A stretch of 64,000 bases of DNA from an uncultured Nitrososphaerales archaeon (GCA_963713605.1 CAVQMO010000010.1:384001-448000); one strand, 5' to 3'. Counted from the first letter of the stretch, positions 47,264-57,089 are shown. Program-made: numbers and translations. Notes: a model not told the origin generated them from the sequence alone.

Positions 47264-47809
47264 CTATCTTATCTTCGATCTTTTAATTTTTTCCTGCAAA
47301 AGCATAACACCTTGAATCAAAGTCTCGGGACGGGGGGGACAACCAGGAACGTACACATCAACAGGAATGATCCCGTCGACGCCCGGAAGCACATTATATG
47401 AGTCAATATATAGGCCACCTGTAATCGCGCAAGCTCCCATCGCCACGACATATTTAGGATCAGGCATTTGATCATAAACCATACGTAGCCTCGGTGCCAT
47501 CTTTCTTGTAACGGTCCCTTGTACGACTATTAAATCACATTGTCTAAGGGAACCAAATGCCTCTATTATCCCAAATCTCTCTGCATCGTATCTAGGTCCA
47601 GAAACAGCACCAAATTCAACACTACAACAAGCTGTCTCAAGATGAACCGGCCACAATGACCAAACTCTCCCCCAGTTTATTGCAAATCCAAGTGGCTTAT
47701 CTAGTGCGTTAATTAAAACGTCTCCAATTTTGCTTACCATGACATTGAAGTTAGATTGATTGAGCAGTTCGGTCTTCAATCTTTTTATAGCCTCTCTGAG
47801 ATCCAACAA
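47264..47809 (-). CDS. nuoB: NADH-quinone oxidoreductase subunit B (stand-alone)
   Basis: TACCSVE, YDAERFG, MGACAITGG, PVDVYVPGCPPRPE. Confidence 0.95.
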   Translation of the reverse strand: MLDLREAIKRLKTELLNQSNFNVMVSKIGDVLINALDKPLGFAINWGRVWSLWPVHLETACCSVEFGAVSGPRYDAERFGIIEAFGSLRQCDLIVVQGTVTRKMAPRLRMVYDQMPDPKYVVAMGACAITGGLYIDSYNVLPGVDGIIPVDVYVPGCPPRPETLIQGVMLLQEKIKRSKIR

Positions 47810-47908
47810 TACTCCCCATACATCCTATTTAATACTTCAGAATACCTCATTCTATGAAGAGCATTCTAAATTATCAAAAAATGTATAAACGATAACTAAT
47901 TTCAAGTA

Positions 47909-48880
47909 ATGACATTGGGATTAAGAATCGGATTCCACGTATCAATTTCAGGAGGAATTTCAAACTCCGTGGATAATGCACTCAAGGAAGAATGTACAGC
48001 ATTTCAAATATTCAGCAGAAATCCTCGAGGGTGGGCGGCCAAACCTTTAGATGACAAGGACGTAGCATTATTCAAGAATAAACTGTCAGGAGACTCTGAT
48101 GGTAACGTATCAACCAGAAGTACGCAGGCGAAACCCCTCCATATCGGTAAAGGAGAGATGGCGAGAAAGGGCAAGCAGGAAATCGATAGAAATGCTATTT
48201 TCGTCCATATGCCTTATCTTCCGAACCTTTCTTCACCAAATAAACAAATTTATGATCAATCTGTGGCTGTCTTGACAGATGAACTCAATCGATGTGATGC
48301 TTTAGACGTACGCTTTTTAGTAGTTCATCTGGGAAGTCACCAGGGGGAAGGAATCAAGAAGGGGGTTGAACAATTGGTTATGGCATGCTCTCATGCTTTC
48401 GAGTCGACTTTGGGGGAGAACGCTGTCTCTATACTTTTAGAAAATAGTGCCGGTCAGAAGAACACCGTTGCCAGTGATTTTGCAGAATTAAGAATAATAC
48501 TCGATAGGCTGTATGATTATAATTCAAGTAGCAAAAAAGATCGATACGGCGTATGTTTGGATACTTGCCATGCATTTGCTTCGGGTTACGATCTTGCCTC
48601 AGAAGAAGCAGTTAATGTCACGATGGATAAATTCGACTCGCAAGTTGGATTAGGGCATCTCAAACTTATACATTTGAATGACTCGAGAGACAAGTTCTTT
48701 TCTCGCAGAGACAGGCATGAGCATGTAGGCCTCGGAGAAATAGGGAAGGAAGGGTTTAAGGCATTCTTGAAACATAAATCCCACATAAATACACCCCTAA
48801 TAATGGAAACTCCAATCGATAATAGAAGAAGCAATTCAGATAACCTAAAGTTTGTTAAGACTATTATTGGTAGCACTTGA
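47909..48880 (+). CDS. nfo: Endonuclease IV (AP endonuclease)
   Basis: GFHVSISGG, FQIFSRNP, VHMPYLPNL, LEN.AG, CLDTCH, HLNDS, DRHEH, METP. Confidence 0.95.
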   Translation: MTLGLRIGFHVSISGGISNSVDNALKEECTAFQIFSRNPRGWAAKPLDDKDVALFKNKLSGDSDGNVSTRSTQAKPLHIGKGEMARKGKQEIDRNAIFVHMPYLPNLSSPNKQIYDQSVAVLTDELNRCDALDVRFLVVHLGSHQGEGIKKGVEQLVMACSHAFESTLGENAVSILLENSAGQKNTVASDFAELRIILDRLYDYNSSSKKDRYGVCLDTCHAFASGYDLASEEAVNVTMDKFDSQVGLGHLKLIHLNDSRDKFFSRRDRHEHVGLGEIGKEGFKAFLKHKSHINTPLIMETPIDNRRSNSDNLKFVKTIIGST

Positions 48881-49133
48881 ATAAGAAGAACGCTACGATC
48901 TGCTCTAGGAAAATACTTTAGGAGAGTTGTTTCATTATCAAAAGAAACCGACGTCGTAGCAACATTTCAAGCGATAATTGGTGGGTAGTCAGTTTTCAAC
49001 TTAATTGCCGTCACATCTTGGCTAGACCATTGTTGATGCTATTTCATTGAAGTGTAACAAGTCACGCACGAAATACAGTCATCAGAATAAAGATCTACGT
49101 ACATTCTCCTTGGAGACTTTATCCTGATATCTA

Positions 49134-49418
49134 TCAAAGATCGCTGACTGCTATATGTTCAATTGAATGCGTTGGAATTAATTCCCTATTGATTATTACA
49201 TTCGCGGCTTCATCCTCATAATAAGTGATTGTTACATATTCTGCGACCACCTGTACATTAATTGTTTCAATCGACTCATTTCGTTCATATTTTGTCGTGG
49301 ATATATCCAATTTTTCTACCATACTCGAGACTGATGTACGCCTCAAATGAGTAATGATCACATTTTTGACCCGTACTCCATGAAACTTTATGGACGTTTC
49401 TTTTCCTGAGTCATCCAT
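49134..49418 (-). CDS. Hypothetical protein
   Basis: 94-aa ORF with ATG start and an upstream TATA-like element; beta-rich. Confidence 0.5.
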   Translation of the reverse strand: MDDSGKETSIKFHGVRVKNVIITHLRRTSVSSMVEKLDISTTKYERNESIETINVQVVAEYVTITYYEDEAANVIINRELIPTHSIEHIAVSDL

Positions 49419-50000
49419 TACTCAACTCTAATTGTGCAAGTACTTTAACGTATCTAAAGGTGGAAAAGACGAAGTTACAGCAAAAAGATGCTGAGGGTCG
49501 GTTTAATAGTAATCTTTAGATTACAAAGGTTGAGCTACAATGAATGACTGATATTAAACCATATTGGAAGGGAGCAAAGCGAAGCAAATGCTCAAACCCT
49601 AGGGTTGAGCGTCATGCTCAATAAGCAGCGTAGAGAAAAGATTTAAAAATTTGTTAAAACTGAAACATTCACTTTTATTTCTCCTATCTATTTACTCTTC
49701 AACAGGTACTTTATGACGGCATACGTAGTTCCTATTAATCCTTACAATGTTGTGAACAAGTTAATCAATTTGATCTCTCGTGCATGCAGCACATCCACAT
49801 CTAGATAATGTTACTAATATAGAGGAATTTCAAATATAGGGCCAATTGAATTGGTCCATTTGCGCTATTTCTCTCCTGCATGAATTAATATGTCGAATTA
49901 CGCTTATTTGATTAAATCTAAGATTTCGTAAAGACCAATGTCAATCATTTGGTTAGATACCAAAACAACCCTTAACTAGCTCCTAAGTCAGTTCTTTAGT

Positions 50001-50168
50001 ATGAGTATCATAATTCTAGAACTTACCAGGAAGGAGTTAGAGATTCTGTATGCTTCTTTCAAGAGATATTTAGATCCGTCGACTCCTGTGCTTGTACCAG
50101 AAGATGCCACATTAGATGAGATGAACGAACTCTCCGAGAAACTTAAAAAAGAATTAGATAAAAGTTAG
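50001..50168 (+). CDS. Hypothetical microprotein (55 aa), not in the ORF track
   Basis: MSIIILELTRKELEILYASFKRYLDPSTPVLVPEDATLDEMNELSEKLKKELDKS. Confidence 0.5.
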   Translation: MSIIILELTRKELEILYASFKRYLDPSTPVLVPEDATLDEMNELSEKLKKELDKS

Positions 50169-50291
50169 ATAGGACCTAGTGTGTCCCCAAAAAATAACAG
50201 GTTCTGATGGTTTTTGCATACTTAAATGTCATGAAATCTATACTAATTAAGTATCATCCCTCCTAACTTGCTACCAAATAGTGAATGACAC

Positions 50292-51836
50292 CTAGATTTG
50301 GGATGCTGCTCTAGCAACAACCTCTGATAGGGCGGGATGCACATGAACGGCCCTGTTAATATTATCGATAGTTCCGACATTGCCCATCGAATCAGAAGTT
50401 TTCATGGCTACCGCCACCTCATGAATAAGAACAGGCGCATCTGTTCCGATGATGTGACAACCAAGTATTTTTCTGCTTTCCTTGTCGACGAGGAACTTTA
50501 CGAAGCCTTCGTGATCCTCTATTGCAAGGCCCATCCCAGTGTTGATGAAAGGGTAAATTGATTTTAAGTAATCTTTATTCTCCTTTTTTCCTTGCTGTTT
50601 CAATGATTGCTCTGTGACACCAACCGCAGCAATCTGTGGAGAAGTAAATATTGCGTGAGGAATTGCAGCATAGTCAACCGGGATCTTGTCTTGTCCGTGA
50701 ATTATATTATGAATTGCATACAGTGCTTCTAAATTCGCACTGTGTTTGAATGTATATCTTCCGACAACGTCTCCAAGTGAATAGATATCTTGAATATTCG
50801 TCTGTAAGAATTCGTCCGTTAAAACATACCCTCTCTCATCCAATTTCACACCAGTTTTTCCCAGATCAAGTGTATCTGAATTCGGAATCCTCCCGACTGC
50901 TATCAGTAACTGATCAGATTCGACCTTTATCGTACTTCCCGATTCATTATTCTTTGCCGTAACTCTATAAATTTTGGAATTATCACTTCCAGTAATTTCG
51001 CTATTGTTTTCAAGGGTAACCCTGTTGGGATTGTTAACCTTTGAAACTAACTCTGTGAAATAACCTAGATACACATTGTATTTTTTAGAAAGTAAATCAG
51101 TTAATTTTTTTGAAATATCTTCATCCTCATTAGGTATCAATTTGTTTTGAATCTGTATAATATTTATTTTCGTTCCAAGGCTTCCAAAGAAATGGGCTAA
51201 TTCGCAGCATATGTATCCTCCTCCTATTATGGTAAGATTAACTGGTTGTTTTTTTAGCCTTAGGGCCTGATCGCTGGTTATAAAACCAGATGCATTTAAC
51301 CCCTTTATTTTTGGAATTCTTGGTCTGGAGCCTGATGCGATTAGAACCTTACGGCCAGTAATTCTTTGATTTCCTGCGTTGTGACTATAAGAGTGTCGTT
51401 TGTTGCCTTGTCCAATTATCCTGCCGCTGTGCGGAAATGTATCTATTCCTTTGAGCAATAATTCTTTAGAGCCAATGAACTTGCACTCATTGTAAAATAC
51501 TCTTGGATTATTCACTCTATTGTATGCTTCCTTAATTTCCTCAGAATGTGAATCAACTATGCTAATTACGCGACTTACTATTTTTTCGAAATCAATCAAT
51601 ACCTTTCCGCGTATAGTTATCCCAAAAGTTTCGCATTGCCTAATTAATTCCAAGACATCGGCGCTGTGAATTAGTAATTTAGAGGGAATACAACCCCTAT
51701 TAAGACAAGTGCCACCCATCCTATCTTTTTCTATTAGAGCGACACTAAGTCCCGTTTTCGCAGCTGCATTTGCAACGTCCAAGCCAGAGCCAGATCCTAT
51801 GACTATCAAATCGAAATTATTAGAGTCCTTGATCAT
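50292..51836 (-). CDS. Flavoprotein disulfide reductase (dihydrolipoamide dehydrogenase/mycothione-reductase-like)
   Basis: GSGSG, GGTCLNRGCIPSK, GGGYI, HVHPALSE. Confidence 0.92.
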   Translation of the reverse strand: MIKDSNNFDLIVIGSGSGLDVANAAAKTGLSVALIEKDRMGGTCLNRGCIPSKLLIHSADVLELIRQCETFGITIRGKVLIDFEKIVSRVISIVDSHSEEIKEAYNRVNNPRVFYNECKFIGSKELLLKGIDTFPHSGRIIGQGNKRHSYSHNAGNQRITGRKVLIASGSRPRIPKIKGLNASGFITSDQALRLKKQPVNLTIIGGGYICCELAHFFGSLGTKINIIQIQNKLIPNEDEDISKKLTDLLSKKYNVYLGYFTELVSKVNNPNRVTLENNSEITGSDNSKIYRVTAKNNESGSTIKVESDQLLIAVGRIPNSDTLDLGKTGVKLDERGYVLTDEFLQTNIQDIYSLGDVVGRYTFKHSANLEALYAIHNIIHGQDKIPVDYAAIPHAIFTSPQIAAVGVTEQSLKQQGKKENKDYLKSIYPFINTGMGLAIEDHEGFVKFLVDKESRKILGCHIIGTDAPVLIHEVAVAMKTSDSMGNVGTIDNINRAVHVHPALSEVVARAASQI

Positions 51837-52095
51837 CTAGGTGGGAAGGAAATTACATAGCAGAGATAAAAGGGTATTTGGAAATAGCTGCTACAATTGC
51901 TAATCAAATGGTGGAAAATTAATCTTATTCTATCTTCATGAGCCGGATAAATTAACCATCCCACCTAGTTAGATTTCTATATTTAATCCTTACAGTTGGC
52001 AACGCACCTATTGGCACCTACTCTATTATCTCGATATACGAGTTTAACCCGTGTAAGCTATAGATCTTTAATCTCACTTACAACTTTATTGTAAT

Positions 52096-52470
52096 TCAGT
52101 TTGATTTTTTAATGACGCGTACAAAAGGTAACTTATCTGAAAATTTTTTATCTTTTTCTATAGCCTCGCTTCCGTAGCCTTGATCTTTTGTAAAGTAGTA
52201 AGATTTGTCAGGTTTAGCTTTTCTTTCAAATTGCTCTGCTTCGTCCTCTGTAATGGTGAGATACACTACATGTCCATCCCACCCTTCTACCTTAACTACC
52301 GGAATGTAATAGTATTTTTTACCTTTTTTTATCACGATCGTGTCTTTGTTTACAGCCTCAACCTCCCCGATTTCCTTCCCCTTTCTTTTTCTCACATAGA
52401 CGGGCTGTTTGGTTAAATCCATTACACTTTTTGTAGACTCCTTATCACGATCTAGCTTATTGTATGTCAA
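52096..52470 (-). CDS. PRC-barrel/DUF2171-like protein
   Basis: GKEIGEVEAV...YYIPVVKVEGWDGHVVYL. Confidence 0.7.
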   Translation of the reverse strand: MTYNKLDRDKESTKSVMDLTKQPVYVRKRKGKEIGEVEAVNKDTIVIKKGKKYYYIPVVKVEGWDGHVVYLTITEDEAEQFERKAKPDKSYYFTKDQGYGSEAIEKDKKFSDKLPFVRVIKKSN

Positions 52471-52836
52471 ACGGCTCCTACCTTTTTATTGATTATAATA
52501 GTATTTAACGGTATAATGCCTAGCTTATCTCCCCCAAAGAGAGGATACAAAATATCGGCCAATCGTTGTAGAACTTTTCAAGGGATGAAGATATCATCGT
52601 CGGCTGTAGTATCTTATTCATATAGAGGATCAAGATGTTTTTATTAACGATACTATCAAAATAAGATACTATCAGACCGGTAATATTGAAAGTAGCTGCG
52701 ATCTATCTTGATTTCTCCGTTAAAAGGGTCCAATATAGCAATATAATATAGGATTAGCGGTGTTAAATAGATAAATTTCACCATCGACGAAACTGGAGTC
52801 TACTCTTTTATAGTTTGTCGAATAAATTTTGTTGAA

Positions 52837-53172
52837 ATGGGAAAGCTAACTGACAAAGTTAAAGATACTTTAGCGGGGGCTAAGGACTCTATTATGGGAA
52901 CTGAAGAGAATACTAAAAATCGACAATCTGGCAGTGATCCTTTAACTGAATATGAATCTAAGGAACCGATGACGCCTGCAAAGATAAAAGAACATGAACC
53001 AACAGCTGTCAAGAGAGAAATGACAGAGAATATTACAGAGGCAGGGCAAGTGAGAACAAATCCACAAGAGGCTGCTGAGAGAGCTCGAAGAAGCGGAATG
53101 ACTAAAGGAACAGCTGGTGCAGGCACCACGGGAAGTGAATACGAAGAAGGGAACACGGGCATAAATCAGTAA
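52837..53172 (+). CDS. Hydrophilin-like stress protein
   Basis: G/E/K/T-rich, no Cys or Trp, almost no hydrophobic core. Confidence 0.7.
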   Translation: MGKLTDKVKDTLAGAKDSIMGTEENTKNRQSGSDPLTEYESKEPMTPAKIKEHEPTAVKREMTENITEAGQVRTNPQEAAERARRSGMTKGTAGAGTTGSEYEEGNTGINQ

Positions 53173-53339
53173 ATTTATTTGATGAAATAATATTACTTTT
53201 TTTACGGTGAGATAAACCTTTCATGAGATTGTAAATGAATCTTGTTCAAGGTAAAAGAACCCTTGATAGATTAATATCTTTTCCAAAATCACAAAAAATA
53301 ATATTTTGAGAATCTGATGCGGGTAATATACTCCCTACC

Positions 53340-53570
53340 TTAGGGATGTGCATTTCTAACATGTTCATCAAGTTCTTCATTATTACGAGCAGTTAATCCA
53401 CAAATCGTACACGTTTGAGACAAATTATAATCCTGCTCTGTGATCTTGCTGACATTTTGTATATGACCGCAGCTTAAATAATGCTCATCGAAATTAGCGC
53501 CATTAACAATTTCTGTTATTTCAGCATCACAATTGCACACACGACATTTTGTTGTATTCCGGCTTCCCAT
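53340..53570 (-). CDS. Small Zn-ribbon plus C2H2 finger protein
   Basis: CRVC...LSCGH and CTICG...LDEHVRNAH. Confidence 0.75.
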   Translation of the reverse strand: MGSRNTTKCRVCNCDAEITEIVNGANFDEHYLSCGHIQNVSKITEQDYNLSQTCTICGLTARNNEELDEHVRNAHP

Positions 53571-53731
53571 TAGATCACCTTACTTGTGCCATTATTATTT
53601 ATTAAAGTTCGTTTGAAAGAGAATTGAGGAACTGCTACGTGTGGTCTCCCTTCCACATCTACATAGTTTGATTTATTTTAACCTCTCTCCTTCTCTTTAC
53701 CTTTAAATATTATATATTCACATCTTTGTAT

Positions 53732-53860
53732 ATGCAGGGAGAACCAGGTGTTGACTACGACGAACCCAATCTTGATCCGCTGATATGCGATATATGCAAG
53801 CAGCGATTCGACAGCCTTGACACATTAGGAGAGCATCAAAAGAAAAATCATAATATGTGA
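53732..53860 (+). CDS. C2H2 finger microprotein (42 aa), not in the ORF track
   Basis: MQGEPGVDYDEPNLDPLICDICKQRFDSLDTLGEHQKKNHNM, with TTTAAATA upstream. Confidence 0.78.
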   Translation: MQGEPGVDYDEPNLDPLICDICKQRFDSLDTLGEHQKKNHNM

Positions 53861-54076
53861 ACTCCAAATTACCTGTCTTCGACTCAACAGCACTAATTAT
53901 AAAACATTTAAAAAAAATGATAAATAATCATTATCATGTGCATCAGTTAGGACAATAGATTCTTGGCTAGAAGGTTAAAAGTTTCTTTAGTTGAATTGGC
54001 GCTACGTTAGTTTATAAGAGGTTATTTACTGATCAGATTCAGGTTATCATTATTGAAACGAAGAAGTAGTTTTTCG

Positions 54077-54205
54077 ATGGGGGCTAAATGTGAATGTATG
54101 TGTCATACCAAGGGCAATATTCAAGATTTTTGTGGTTATTGTGCATCATCTCATACTATTAGGACTTCAAAAAGATCAGCTGCAACAGCCGTGACTAAGA
54201 CGTAG
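54077..54205 (+). CDS. Cys/His-rich microprotein (42 aa), not in the ORF track
   Basis: MGAKCECMCHTKGNIQDFCGYCASSHTIRTSKRSAATAVTKT. Confidence 0.55.
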   Translation: MGAKCECMCHTKGNIQDFCGYCASSHTIRTSKRSAATAVTKT

Positions 54206-54419
54206 CTTCTACTCTTTTTAGCTCAATCTTATCTAACATTCCTTGTCCTTTTTTTACTGCGATATAGTACGAAGAACGAATTGAAGGTTCCTTTTGTGCT
54301 AAACTACGATTGAACCCACAATAGTGTAAGTCGAAAGATTACCCCACCTTTAAGACTGCGATAACGATTTTAAGAAAACTAAATTAAACTATTATATACT
54401 TTTTTGAGCAAGCTTTGCT

Positions 54420-54713
54420 ATGTTATTTGGTAAGGACACTGCTATTACCGCTAAAGATCGATATGATCAAGGACAAAATATCAGGAATACCTTAGATTCC
54501 AGTTATTATACCTCTCATCGGATTCCAGTTCTACTGCAGTCGAGAGAAATTGGCAAGGTGTTCGCTGAAGTTAATGATAATCTAGTTGTCATTGCTGGTG
54601 AAAATAAAAAAGAACACGAATATTTAATCCCCAAGTCTAAAGTGAGTCACTATGATGAGAGACAGATTTGTGTTAGTATTACAAACAATTCTTTGAAGGA
54701 ATTTGAGATTTAG
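54420..54713 (+). CDS. PRC-barrel/DUF2171-like protein
   Basis: EIGKVFAE...YLIPKSKVSHYD. Confidence 0.65.
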   Translation: MLFGKDTAITAKDRYDQGQNIRNTLDSSYYTSHRIPVLLQSREIGKVFAEVNDNLVVIAGENKKEHEYLIPKSKVSHYDERQICVSITNNSLKEFEI

Positions 54714-54997
54714 ATAGGAATTACACTCATATGTACGAGCAATATTAACTAACGGCCACCCGGTGGGCCCTACGTTGACAAAGGACTCAACACAGAATCA
54801 AGATAGGCACTATTCTTCATCATCAGTGTACGTAACGAGATTCTTCTCGTTCGCCAAAATACAATGGGTTTCAAACACTAATCAGATGATAGATTGGCCG
54901 GGCTGGTTTCCCTCGATAAACAATGGACTCGGGAGAATGTTGACCGAAATACTGCAGTCGGCAACTACCATCTTTATTAGATACTTGATTTCTTAAC

Positions 54998-55401
54998 CTA
55001 TGTACCCTTTTCTTTGTTTGTTGGTAACCCTGCTGTTTTCTTTGCAGTGTTTGCATTATTAATATTTATTCTTGTAAGCTCTTTTGTATGTTGTTGAGTG
55101 CTCTCAAATGCGTTCCCAAAAATATCAAATTTCCAAAGATAGTATCATTACTTAATCTTGCTAGTGATGAAATATTGTCTGCAATATTACTTACAGTTCT
55201 GGCATATGTCTCTGTCGGGATTCTGGGAGAGACCCAATAACTATACATTCTATAGAAGTTTTCGTAGTACGGTCCCCAAACTGAGAAGTTGAAAACGGAA
55301 TCAATTATAGATTTCTGAGCATCAATGTAACCCACAATCATTTCACGGGTGGACTGTAAGGCCTGTTCCTGATAGTTCTTAATTACATCAGCGGTAGACA
55401 A
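54998..55401 (-). pseudogene. 5'-truncated, frameshifted paralogue of the phasin-like gene at 10107
   Basis: YQEQAL.ST...PYYENFYRMYSYW.S.R.P.ETY; after a -1 shift it continues FGNAFE..QQHTKELTRIN. Confidence 0.8.
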
Positions 55402-55865
55402 CTTCTTACAACGTTTTCAAGACTAAGTGAAGAGTTCGTAAAGTCAATACCATTTTAAGAACCTTCTCTATTTCATCTCCTACCATCTGTCACGTATCGA
55501 ACAAATACGGGAGGGGGACCAGAAATAGTTTCTACAGCAATAGGATTGCCTTGGCATAAAGAGTGCTGTTAATAGTTAACTTAAATAGGTATTAAAAAGA
55601 AGAGTTGAAAAAGGAACGTTAGTAAGGCTATTATAGTAACAATATCAATTATAGTTAGTATTTAACCATAAAACACGGCCAAAGATAAAGTCACTAGACT
55701 AGCCAAACTAGACCAAGAGATGTAATAAAGAATATGTATTCTATCCTGCAATTACGCTCATTTCCGTATCGCAGACTAGGTATGATGCAGGCTGAATATG
55801 ATTATATAGTTTGCTACATATGCGAAATTGTATGAGTGATAGATTAGACAAAGGTCAGAAATCTG

Positions 55866-55970
55866 ATGAGAGCAGTACCTAACATAGACGCATACTATTC
55901 TTGTGAAGATTGTGGTCAACAATTTAAGTCACGTCAAGAGTTAAAAGAACACGAGAGTAGCCAACATTGA
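55866..55970 (+). CDS. C2H2 finger microprotein, not in the ORF track
   Basis: MRAVPNIDAYYSCEDCGQQFKSRQELKEHESSQH. It may start at ATG 55832 if one inserted base is removed. Confidence 0.72.
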   Translation: MRAVPNIDAYYSCEDCGQQFKSRQELKEHESSQH

Positions 55971-56132
55971 ATTTAACAGCATGTTGGAAAACCTTACTCT
56001 AGGTAGCGTAGGTCGCAAGCGGGATCCTCTTAGTTGGACCGGCTACCCATACACCTATACCAGCTTCTGCCATCCATGAACTATGGGAGGTATTGTATTT
56101 ACTTCTGACCAAAATTTTTTGCGTAGTTCAAG

Positions 56133-57089
56133 GTGACTTATCAAGTCAGTTTATACACAACAATTCAAAAATTGAAATACACTGTAATAAAATCCATTAG
56201 CTCTGGATCGTTTGGTACAGTATATGAAGTCTTGCTAGAGCATGAGGAAGACGGCGTTACTACTAGCACGACTAAATGTGTCCTGAAAGAGCTTACAAGG
56301 CTTGATAATCTTAGTATGGAGCGCTTTGAGAGAGAGATTAGGATACTGCCTGAGCTCAATCATCCTAACATAGTTAATATTTTTTACTGGAATATAGGCG
56401 GTGATCCACCCAAATTTCTGCCGTACTATATTATGGAATATTTGAAGGGCGGATCTCTACGTAAATATATGGATGAGAAATTCAATGCAAACAAGAATTT
56501 TGTCCTCGAACCAACTTGGGCGATAACCAAAATTATCCTTCCCATCTGCAATGCATTGGCACAGGCACATAGCTCTAACGTATATCACAGGGACCTTAAA
56601 CCCGACAACATTATTTTTACTGATGATACCAAGTCAAGTATTAAAGTAGCAGATTGGGGACTTGTAAAAGGTGACGCAATTGACAAGGAATCTTTAGAGC
56701 TTACAACCGTTACATCAGGAGGACAGATTGGTGGGACACCCGGTTACTGCTCGCCCGAACAATGGTTTGCATTCAAGAAAGATGAAATAGATGGGCGAAC
56801 TGATATCTATTCTTTAGGAATATTATTTTACGAAATGTTAACGAGAAAGCGGCCCTCCCCATATGACTCAAATGATCCCTCTACCATGGAAAAGAATCAA
56901 CTGCAGCTAAAACTTCCCACGTCTCAGCCTCTTTTATCAAAACGAACAAAAGTTGATCCACCATCCAAGTTCAATTCGAATGTAACTGCGCAGCTGGATG
57001 CTTGTATTCTCAAAATGATTGAAGTAGATCCTGAAAAGAGACAAAATTCAGTATGGGACTTGATAACAGACCTCGATATGTTGAGATAA
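56133..57089 (+). CDS. Hanks-type Ser/Thr protein kinase
   Basis: SGSFGTVY, VLK, HRDLKPDN, DWG, GTPGYCSPEQ, DIYSLG. Confidence 0.93.
   Translation: MTYQVSLYTTIQKLKYTVIKSISSGSFGTVYEVLLEHEEDGVTTSTTKCVLKELTRLDNLSMERFEREIRILPELNHPNIVNIFYWNIGGDPPKFLPYYIMEYLKGGSLRKYMDEKFNANKNFVLEPTWAITKIILPICNALAQAHSSNVYHRDLKPDNIIFTDDTKSSIKVADWGLVKGDAIDKESLELTTVTSGGQIGGTPGYCSPEQWFAFKKDEIDGRTDIYSLGILFYEMLTRKRPSPYDSNDPSTMEKNQLQLKLPTSQPLLSKRTKVDPPSKFNSNVTAQLDACILKMIEVDPEKRQNSVWDLITDLDMLR

Noticed and set aside
49588..49612. Near-palindrome ATGCTCAAACCCTAGGGTTGAGCGT
   Set aside because: Single instance, not at a clear promoter position.
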